Source: Phycisphaerae bacterium
GTDB lineage: Bacteria > Planctomycetota > Phycisphaerae > UBA1845 > UTPLA1
Length of the DNA stretch: 64,000 bases
Direction: 5' to 3'
NCBI GenBank assembly: GCA_046350375.1
Contig: JAXMAO010000008.1
Coordinates: forward strand, 416-64,415
A model generated the notes under the pieces. The model was given only the letters and a program-made list of their open reading frames with translations. It was not told the origin of the DNA and did no database searches. The position numbers were made by a program, and so were the translations under genes. This document shows positions 45,281 through 53,332 of the stretch, piece by piece; the stretch's first letter is position 1; every line of letters begins with the position of its first letter.

Positions 45281-46567
45281 ATGGCCGACATCTACCCGTT
45301 CCGGGCGATTCGCTACTCGCAGCGCGAGCTGAGCAGGCTCGTGGCGCCGCCGTACGACATTCTCGACGAGCCGGACAAGCGCGCCCTGCTGGCGAAAGAT
45401 GCGCACAACATCGTGGCCGTAGACCTGCCGCACACGCCGCCCAAGGAGGCCGGCCCCGACTCGGTCTACGCCGCCGCGGCCGCGACGCTGGCCGGCTGGC
45501 AGCAGGACGGCACGCTGCGTCAGGACGCCGCGCCGGCGATCTACGCTTATCACCAGCATTTCAAGGTGGACGGCGTCGAGCGCGTGCGGCGGAAATTCTT
45601 CGCGCGGCTGCACCTGGAGGAGTTCGGCGCGGGCAAGGTCTTTCCGCACGAGCAGACGTTCGGCGGGCCGAAGGAGGATCGGCTGAGGCTGACCCGCGCC
45701 ACGCGCTGCAACCTGTCGCCGATCTTCGGGCTGTACACCGATCCGCCCGGCGCGGTGGCCGAGGCGCTGGCCGCGGTGACCACACGTCAGCCCGACGCCA
45801 GCGCCGTCGCCGACGGCGTCGACAACCGGCTGTGGGTGGTCGCCGATCCGGCGGTCATCGAGCGCGTTCGCGGGCTGCTGGCCGACAAGGCGATCTTCAT
45901 CGCCGACGGCCATCATCGCTACGGCACGGCGCTCAACTACCGCCGCGAGCTGATCCAGCATCATCGCACGCTGCCGGCGACTCATCCGGCGAATTCGGTA
46001 CTGTGCGTTTTCTGCGCGATGGAAGACCCCGGGGCGATCATCCTGCCGACCCATCGCGTGCTGGTCGATCTGCCGGGGCTCGGCGAGCGCCTCGGCGACG
46101 CGCTGTCCGAGCGCTTCAGCATGACCGCGTCGGCGGCCACCGACGGGGCGGCGTTCGTCGCCGAGCTGGCGCGCGGCGGACCGCAGGCGATCGGACTCTT
46201 CAGCGGCGCGACCGGCAGGTTCGCGCTGCTGCGGCCGAAGCAGGCCGACTGTCTGGCCGAGCTGGAGCCGCATCGGGCCGCCGCGTGGCGCGGGCTTTCG
46301 TACGCCATCCTGCATCGGGCGATCATCGACGAGGTCATCACGCCGCGGCTGGCGGGCGGAAAGCCGCCGACGATTCACTACGTCAAGCCGCTGCCGGACA
46401 CGCTGGCCGAGGCGCGGCAGTCGCGCGGCGCGGCGTTCATCATGCAGGCCTGCACGATGGGCGAGCTGCGGGCCGTCTGCACCGCGGGCGAGCTGATGCC
46501 GCAGAAGACGACTTACTTTTTCCCGAAGCTGGCGACCGGCATGGTCCTCAGTCCGCTCCACGACTGA
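45281..46567 (+). CDS. DUF1015 family protein
   Basis: ATG at 45281 inside ORF 45206..46567: MADIYPFRAIRYS....LVAPPYDILDEPDKRALLAKDAHNIV..., FPHEQTFGGPKEDRL...NLSPIFGLY, FIADGHHRY. This is the characteristic DUF1015 pattern. Confidence 0.8.
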   Translation: MADIYPFRAIRYSQRELSRLVAPPYDILDEPDKRALLAKDAHNIVAVDLPHTPPKEAGPDSVYAAAAATLAGWQQDGTLRQDAAPAIYAYHQHFKVDGVERVRRKFFARLHLEEFGAGKVFPHEQTFGGPKEDRLRLTRATRCNLSPIFGLYTDPPGAVAEALAAVTTRQPDASAVADGVDNRLWVVADPAVIERVRGLLADKAIFIADGHHRYGTALNYRRELIQHHRTLPATHPANSVLCVFCAMEDPGAIILPTHRVLVDLPGLGERLGDALSERFSMTASAATDGAAFVAELARGGPQAIGLFSGATGRFALLRPKQADCLAELEPHRAAAWRGLSYAILHRAIIDEVITPRLAGGKPPTIHYVKPLPDTLAEARQSRGAAFIMQACTMGELRAVCTAGELMPQKTTYFFPKLATGMVLSPLHD

Positions 46568-46728
46568 GCCGCCGCCGGGCGATAACTCCCGCGCGATGCG
46601 ACGCCGCGCGCCGCGCCTATCGGACGGGCGCGGCGGATGATCCGCATCCGGACGCGAGCCGATGTTCCCGTAGCGGGCGCGCGAGGCTTCCGCATCGCGG
46701 AGTCGCGCCCGACGCTGGGGGACGTCAT

Positions 46729-47113
46729 CATGCAATCGCTCTACGACCGCATCGGCGGCGAGGCGGCGGTGTCGGCGGCGGTCGAGCTGTTCTACAAGAA
46801 GGTGCTGGCCGACAATCGCATCCGCCACTTCTTCGACGGCATCGACATGGCGCGGCAGCGCGCCAAGCAGCGCGCGTTTCTGTCGATGGTCTTCGGCGGG
46901 CCGCGGCAGTACAACGGTCGCTCGATGCGGCATGCCCATCGCGCGCTGGTTGAGCGCGGGCTGAACGACGGGCACTTCGACGCGGTGATGGAAGACCTGG
47001 GCGCCACGCTGACCGAGCTGAAGGTGCCGGCCGAGCTGATCGCCGAGGCCGCGGCGATTGCCGAGTCGGTTCGCGATGATGTGCTGAATCGAAGCCCGGC
47101 CGGCGCGCGGTAG
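46729..47113 (+). CDS. glbN: group I truncated haemoglobin
   Basis: ATG at 46729: MQSLYDRIGGEAAVSAAVELFYKKVLADNRIRHFFDGIDMARQRAKQRAFLSMVFGGPRQYNGRSMRHAHRALV...HFDAV. Confidence 0.85.
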
Positions 47114-47163
47114 CCGCGTCCATCCCGGAGACGTGACATCGACGGCTCAGCACGGCGCCCGCG

Positions 47164-48534
47164 CTAGGGCGGCGGCGGGGCGGCCAGCATGGCCTCGATC
47201 ACGTTGCGGAACATCTTGCGGATGACCAGGTAGTCGGTCGCCCCGGTCTGGAATCCACCGACAAACGTCTGGCAGCCGGACGCGAAGACCTTGCCGCCTT
47301 TTCCGTTCGGGAAGCCATAGGCCGGCGAGTCTTCGTAGTAAGTGCATAGCGCGGTCGCGGGGATGTGCACCGGCGTCGTGAACGGCAACGGACTGGCGAG
47401 CTCGGCCGCCAGCAGCACGTCGAGCACCGGGGGCGACGCCCGGCCGACCGTGTCGCACTCGCCACCCGCCAGGTTGAAGCCCAGCGACTGGCCGTCCTGC
47501 ACGCCGGTGCCGGCGAAGATCCAGTGCGACGCGTCGCGCACCACCATGTTGGTGCTGAACATCGAGCCGGACGCACGGTCGTAGGCGACGCCTTGCAGCG
47601 CCTCGCCGGGCCGGTTGACCAGCGCGGCATACCAGTTGGTGGTCAGCAGGCCGTTGTCGACGCCGTAAACGGGGTCGTTCGGCACGGCCGACTGCTTGTA
47701 GCCGACCATGAGCGTGTCGTCGTTCTCGTAGCGTACCTGCCACCACAGGTCGTTGGCGGAGAGGAAGCAGAGGTGGCCGCCGCGAGCGTGGTGGGCGGAG
47801 ATGGCGGTGTAGAACTGGCTGGTGTTGTACTCCATGTGGTCGCTGAAGACGATGATGTCGTAGTTCTGCAGGATGGCCGGGTTCGCGTGGATGTCGCGCT
47901 CGGTGAGATACTCGACTGCGAATCCTTCCTCTTCGAGCTGAATGTGCGCCAGGCGCGTGCTCGACGAGCCCTTGCCGCGCCCGTTCTCCTGAATCATCGG
48001 CCGCAGGAAACTCACCTTCGGCTGCGGCGGACCGATGTAGAGGCTTGCCCCGCCCCAATAGTTGTAGGCGTTGCGCGTGTTGTATTCCATGCAGAACGCC
48101 AGGCGCGACGTCGCCCCGGGCACGGCCGCGCGCACCGCGATCGGCCAGTCGCGAAACCCGCCGTCGCTGTCGGTGAAGCGAACGTAGTAGCTGCCGGTGG
48201 GCCAGGCGCCCACGAGGCGCGTTGCCGTGACCACCCAGGTTGCCCCCAGCCAGCCTTGTGCCTGCGTGCTCTGCAGCGAGCCGGGCAGACCGGTCAGGCT
48301 GTCGATCAGCACCGGCGTGGTCTGGTCGCGGTAGATGTCGATGCGATAGCTCGACGCATCGGTCGAGACGCGGAACTCGATCGTCTCGCCGGGGGCGTAG
48401 CTCTGCCGCGAGGTGTAGCCTTCGATGTAGACGCCCCGCGCCGGCAGCGCCAGGCCGAGCGACAGCAGCAGCGCGCCCGCCGCTGCGCGGCGCCGCACCG
48501 GCCTGCCGAGTTCGCTAGTTTCCGTAGAACGCAT
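47164..48534 (-). CDS. secreted protein resembling the N,N-dimethylformamidase large-subunit family (DUF6605-like)
   Basis: It has a signal peptide ([21 protein letters not shown]), an N-terminal Ig-like part ([12 protein letters not shown]...YRIDIYR), and then [21 protein letters not shown], which is typical of this family (by eye). Confidence 0.6.
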   Translation of the reverse strand: MRSTETSELGRPVRRRAAAGALLLSLGLALPARGVYIEGYTSRQSYAPGETIEFRVSTDASSYRIDIYRDQTTPVLIDSLTGLPGSLQSTQAQGWLGATWVVTATRLVGAWPTGSYYVRFTDSDGGFRDWPIAVRAAVPGATSRLAFCMEYNTRNAYNYWGGASLYIGPPQPKVSFLRPMIQENGRGKGSSSTRLAHIQLEEEGFAVEYLTERDIHANPAILQNYDIIVFSDHMEYNTSQFYTAISAHHARGGHLCFLSANDLWWQVRYENDDTLMVGYKQSAVPNDPVYGVDNGLLTTNWYAALVNRPGEALQGVAYDRASGSMFSTNMVVRDASHWIFAGTGVQDGQSLGFNLAGGECDTVGRASPPVLDVLLAAELASPLPFTTPVHIPATALCTYYEDSPAYGFPNGKGGKVFASGCQTFVGGFQTGATDYLVIRKMFRNVIEAMLAAPPPP

Positions 48535-51064
48535 TGACGAATACCTGCACGTCGCGCCCGTTCAGGGCGCCGTCGCCCGACAGATCGCTCGTCACCACGT
48601 GGCACGGCGCCAGCGGCTTGCCCACCAGGGCCGATACAAACAGGAACAAGTCCGTCGCGTCCTGCACGCCGTTCATGTCGATGTCGGCGCGTGGCAGGGC
48701 GTCGATGGTGAATCCGCCGCTTGGCAGGGCGCTCATCGGCACACCCGTCGCCAGGGTGAACGTCGCGCCATTGAACGTGTAGGACACGTCCACGGGCGTG
48801 GCCGGGTTCGAACCGTTGCGCGGGATAATCGTGGCGCGATAGCGCCCCGGCACCTGGCCGACGATGTCGGTACCACAGTCGGTCCGCCCGTCCGAGTTCA
48901 GATCGCGGTTGTAGTAGATGCTTCCCGGGATGCCGTTGCCGTTCCCGGTTGTCCGCCGCCCGGCTGGGTCGGTGACGGTCAACACGGCGTCGCTCTGCGA
49001 GTGACTGCTGCCGCCCGGACCGACCAGGACCGTGATCGAGAGCACCAGCGGCCGGCAGGGCGCCCCGACCGGCCAGAGCGCCTGCAACTGCAGGCCGTCG
49101 GCGGCGTCGACGTCGCCGTCGGCATCGAGGTCGGCATTGGCACAGGCCGCGCCGGCCGAGCCGCCCGGCCCGCCGGAAGACTGCACGCACGACTGCATCG
49201 GCGCGACATCGCCGGACTCGATCTGGCCGGAGTGGTTCAGGTCGCCGAGCTGATCGCACGGGTCGCCGAAACCGTCGCCGTCCGAGTCCGCCTGGGTCGG
49301 GTTGGGCACGGTCGGACAGTTGTCGCACAAGTCGCCACGACCATCGCCGTCGCCATCGGCCTGGTTGGCATTGGCGACGGTCGGGCAGTTGTCGCACAGG
49401 TCGCCGTGGCCGTCGCCGTCGCTATCGAGCTGGTCGGGGTTCGACTGCGCGGGGCAGTTGTCGCACGCGTCGCCGGCGCCGTCGTTGTCGGAATCGGCCT
49501 GTGCCGGGTTGGCGACGCCGGGGCAGTTGTCTGTCGGGCAGGTCGTCGGGGCGAAGCCGGGGCTGGCGAAGCCGTCGTGGTCGGGGTCGGTGCAGGTGTC
49601 GCAGGCGTCGCCGACGCCGTCCGAATCGAGGTCCGACTGCGTCGGGTTGGCGACGGTCGGGCAGTTGTCGAGCACGCGGCCGTCGCGGTCTGGGTCGGAA
49701 TCGACAATGGTCAGCCGCCCGGCGTTGCGGGGGCAGCGCAGGTTCTCCAGGTAGGCGGCCGATCGCGGCGTCGGGCAGGCCGTCGCCGTTCACATCTGCC
49801 AGGCCGGCGACGCTCGAACCGAAATACCGGCAGCTTCCGGCTGTGGCGAGCCGAACAGAAAAGCAGCCGCACCCGGCCAGGCCAGGTAGAATACGCCCGG
49901 CCAGACGGGATGGGCGCGTCGTCCGGGTCTTCGCGCGGCGCGCCGACGACCAGGTCGCCGCGACCGTCGCCGTCGAGATCGCCGATGCCGCTGATAGCCG
50001 CGCCAAACTCACCGTCGTACTCGCCATGCGGCGGGTCGATCATGTAGAGCCGGGCCGCCGACACCGACGCGAAGACATGCACGCGCCCGGCGTTGACCGG
50101 CGGGCCGTTGCCGATCTGAAGGTTCAGCGAGCCGACCGCCAGATCGGGCCGGCCGTCGCCGCTCAGGTCGGGCACGGTCGCGAGCGATCGGCCGAAGTGA
50201 ATCTCGCACGCCTCACAGTAGGCCTGGAGCGTCGCCAGCGATCCGCCGCTGACGCCGGAGAAGACATAGACACGTCCGGTGATCGGCCAATTCACAGTGG
50301 GGCCGTCCTGCGGGGCACCGATGGCTACGTCTCCGCGGCCGTCGTTATTGCCGTCGAAGTCGATCAGCCCGGCGGCGGCATGGCCGAAGACCAGCCGTGC
50401 AGCGCCCGGCGTGGGTGGACGAAGGTGCCGGCAACCGCCGGTCGCGCTGGAGAAGAGATAGGCCGGCCGTCGGCCGGACCGGCCAGGAGGTCTTCGTGTT
50501 CGGCGCTGACCAGCGGACGCCTGGCCGTCGCCATCGACATCGGTCACGCCGGCGACCGCCAGGCCGCCGCCGGTCTGCCGTTAGGCAACGCCAGGCTGCG
50601 CTGCAACGCGGTAACGCCGAGAAGTGCACCGTCCGGAGCGGGAGACGCCGCCGGTCGGCGTTTCGTTGTAGGCGCCGACGGCACGGTCGTTTACGCCGTC
50701 GCCGTCGACATCGAGGCCGCCACGGCACGGCCGAACTGCCCGAGCGGCTGGGCGGCGCTGAGCAGCAGCTCGGTCATGAGCAGCGATCCGTTGACGCCGA
50801 GAGGATGTAGGCGCGGCCGGCGTAGTCGGCGCCGCTTCCGGCCTGCTCGTTGGGCGCGCCGACCAGCATGTCGCCGCGGTTGTCGCCGGTGACATCGTCG
50901 AGGGCCGCCAGCGCGCGCGCGAAGAACCCGGCCGCCTGCTCGTTGGGCGACGGCACGGAAATCGTCTGCGCCGCGGCGGCGGAGGCGACCCACAGGCCGA
51001 CCGCCACCCGCAGCCACGCGGCAGATCGCATCGCGGGCATTGCTTCTTTCCGCACCTTCGTCAC
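48515..51064 (-). pseudogene. secreted FG-GAP-repeat / thrombospondin-type-3-repeat / dockerin-like protein; 5' 1.4 kb riddled with frame switches
   Basis: The signal peptide and first FG-GAP repeat are in ORF 50774..51064. Further FG-GAP units ([88 protein letters not shown]) are scattered over all three minus frames between 49676 and 50800. The intact 3' ORF 48515..49675 has TSP3 repeats ([38 protein letters not shown]...) and a dockerin-like end. The total of 2550 nt equals 850 codons. Confidence 0.6.
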
Positions 51065-51108
51065 GCCACCCGATTGCCGGAACGGCCCGAGCCATCCGGC
51101 CGGAAATA

Positions 51109-52254
51109 TCAGTCGCTCAGAGACTGCGCCAGCGGCCGCGCCTTGAGCGCCAGCATGCGATCCAGCGCGATGCGCGCCAGGGCGCGCGTCTCGGGATCGA
51201 CCCGCACCACGTTGACCGCCTGGCCCTCAACCAGGTTGTCCAACGCCCACAGCAGGTGCCTCAGATCGATCCGATACATCGTCGTGCACAAACACTGAAT
51301 GCCGGCCAGCGATCGAACCGCGATGCGGTCCTTCAGCCGCTCGGCCAGGCGATGCACCAGGTGCACCTCGGTCCCCACGGCCCAGCGGCTGCCGGGCGCG
51401 GCGGACTCCAAAGTATTGATAATGTATTCGGTGCTGCCGACCTCATCGGCGAGGCGCACCACGTCCACGGCACATTCGGGGTGGACGAGTATTCGGCATC
51501 CGGGGTCGGCTTTTCGGATGATCTCAACGTGTTTTACACTAAATAGCTGGTGAACGCTACAGTGTCCTTTCCACATTATGAATTTCGCGTCGGCAATCTG
51601 CTGTGCCGCAAGTCCGCCCTGCGGCTGATGCGGGTCCCAGACCACCATCGATTCCAGCGGCCAACCCATGGCGTCGGCCGTGTTTCGGCCCAGGTGCTGG
51701 TCGGGCAGGAACATGACTTTGCGGTTGGGATCGGGCTGGTTCGGCCGCCCCCCCGCCAGCGCCCACTCCAAGACGCTGCGCGCGTTGGACGACGTACAGC
51801 ACGCCCCGTCGTGACCACCCACAAACGCCTTGACGGCGGCGGATGAATTCACGTAGGTGATCGGCACCACCGTGGCGGGGGTGACAGCGGCAATCTCGTC
51901 CCACGCCTGCTCGACCTGCTCGATCGCCGCCATGTCGGCCATGCTGCATCCGGCCGAAAGGTCGGGCAGGATGACGGTGACGCATTCGTCGGTCAGGATG
52001 TCGGCGGACTCGGCCATGAAGTGCACGCCGCAGAACACGACGTACTCCGCATCTTTTTGTGCAGCAGCGAGTTGTGAAAGTTTCAGGCTGTCGCCGGTGA
52101 AATCGGCGAATTGGACGACGTCGTCTTGCTGGTAGTGGTGTCCGAGGATCACGATCCGCTTGCCGAGCGCGGTCTTGCGGGCACGAATCGCCGTAACCAT
52201 CTCATCTGGCGTGAGTTTGGCGTATTTCGGCGGCAGAGGGGGTTGAAAGAGCAT
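51109..52254 (-). CDS. nadA: quinolinate synthase NadA
   Basis: ORF 51109..52383. The start at 52254 (MLFQPPLPPKYAKLTPDEM...) fits NadA N-termini. Motifs are ILGHHYQ, FCGVHFMAESA, SAGCSMA, TYVNSSA and HPEC, and the codon bias upstream of 52254 is poor. Confidence 0.9.
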   Translation of the reverse strand: MLFQPPLPPKYAKLTPDEMVTAIRARKTALGKRIVILGHHYQQDDVVQFADFTGDSLKLSQLAAAQKDAEYVVFCGVHFMAESADILTDECVTVILPDLSAGCSMADMAAIEQVEQAWDEIAAVTPATVVPITYVNSSAAVKAFVGGHDGACCTSSNARSVLEWALAGGRPNQPDPNRKVMFLPDQHLGRNTADAMGWPLESMVVWDPHQPQGGLAAQQIADAKFIMWKGHCSVHQLFSVKHVEIIRKADPGCRILVHPECAVDVVRLADEVGSTEYIINTLESAAPGSRWAVGTEVHLVHRLAERLKDRIAVRSLAGIQCLCTTMYRIDLRHLLWALDNLVEGQAVNVVRVDPETRALARIALDRMLALKARPLAQSLSD

Positions 52255-52260
52255 TGATAC

Positions 52261-52266
52261 ATTATG
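52261..52266 (-). promoter_or_regulatory. candidate -10 box placed for a leaderless nadA mRNA
   Basis: The minus strand reads CATAAT, then 6 nt, then the ATG of nadA. There is no SD-like purine run. A weak -35 (TTGTCC) lies 16 nt upstream. Confidence 0.3.
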
Positions 52267-52452
52267 GTCGCACCGAGCGGCCGGACAACGCGGAAAGTGG
52301 AGATGGCGCGGCAATCTGCTGCGCGCGTTGACGGACTGAATGGGGGGCAGGTCCGCGATGTGAGAAACCGGGGCACGCCGCACTGTGCGTCAGTCATAAC
52401 TGCATAAAGGCAAGTTAATTATGTCTGTCAGTTGAAATTGGGGAGGTTTTCG

Positions 52453-52482
52453 TTGCCGGCTGAAAACGTGGATCGATATAAT
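52453..52482 (+). promoter_or_regulatory. candidate sigma70-type promoter for gene 52525..53088
   Basis: TTGCCG (52453..52458), an 18-nt spacer, then a perfect TATAAT (52477..52482), in the AT-richest intergenic stretch of the window. GAGG lies 8 nt before the ATG at 52525. Confidence 0.4.
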
Positions 52483-52524
52483 CGAGCCGTGGCCCCCGCC
52501 GCGGGCCGGGAATCGAGGCACGGA

Positions 52525-53088
52525 ATGGCCGGCTTGGAACTAGGGCTCAACAAGCAGCAGAGCAGCGACCTGAACTTCTACCTGTACCGGCGCGCGCTGC
52601 ATCCGGAGCTGTTCCGCATTTATCTCGATCGCCACATCGAGACGGCGAACTATCAGGCCGACCTGTGGATCATTGGCATGAGCCACCTGGTCAGCTTCCA
52701 GTCGGACGGCCGGATCGTGACCGAGCTGACCGGCTGCTCGAGCGACCTGCTGACCGATCGCAACCTGATTACGCAGTTCAAGTTCCGCGGCGAGCGAGAT
52801 TTCCAGTTCCGCTTCGACGACGCGACGCGCTACATCTTCAGCAGCCAGGTCGAGGAGATGACCGAGCACATCTTCCGCACGACCTACCGCGACCTGCAGC
52901 GCTACGCCAAGAAAAAGGGGCTGTTCGTCCCCTTCAAGCAGTGGGCCACCGCCGGGCTCGAGCCGTTCTCGTTCCTCGACTACGAGACGCGCGATCGCGA
53001 GCTGCACATCCACGCCTATCACGCCTTCCCCGGCGAGTGGAAGATCCTGCGCACGCAGTCCATTTTCGAGCTGCCGGGCTCACTCTGA
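52525..53088 (+). CDS. conserved hypothetical cytoplasmic protein
   Basis: ATG at 52525 inside ORF 52432..53088: MAGLELGLNKQQSSDLNFYLYRRALHPELFRIYLDRHIE... It has strong codon bias and no TM helix. I cannot assign a family with confidence. Confidence 0.6.
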   Translation: MAGLELGLNKQQSSDLNFYLYRRALHPELFRIYLDRHIETANYQADLWIIGMSHLVSFQSDGRIVTELTGCSSDLLTDRNLITQFKFRGERDFQFRFDDATRYIFSSQVEEMTEHIFRTTYRDLQRYAKKKGLFVPFKQWATAGLEPFSFLDYETRDRELHIHAYHAFPGEWKILRTQSIFELPGSL

Positions 53089-53332
53089 CAGGCCGGCGAT
53101 ATTGATCGAGCGGGTGTTGACGGCTGCGTTCCGTTCTGAGCGGGCGCGACTGTTGTGCCGCGCGCCACGGTCGTCCAGCCACCACGCCCGATGATCGGGC
53201 GCCCGCCATTCTCCGCGACGCCGGCGGCGCCGCCACGCCGGGTTGCGCGCCGGCTGCCGGTTTGATTCGTCCGCCCGACCGCCGGTAGGATGATCGGCTA
53301 CGACTTGGCGCAGGTCCGCTTGGGGATTCGAC

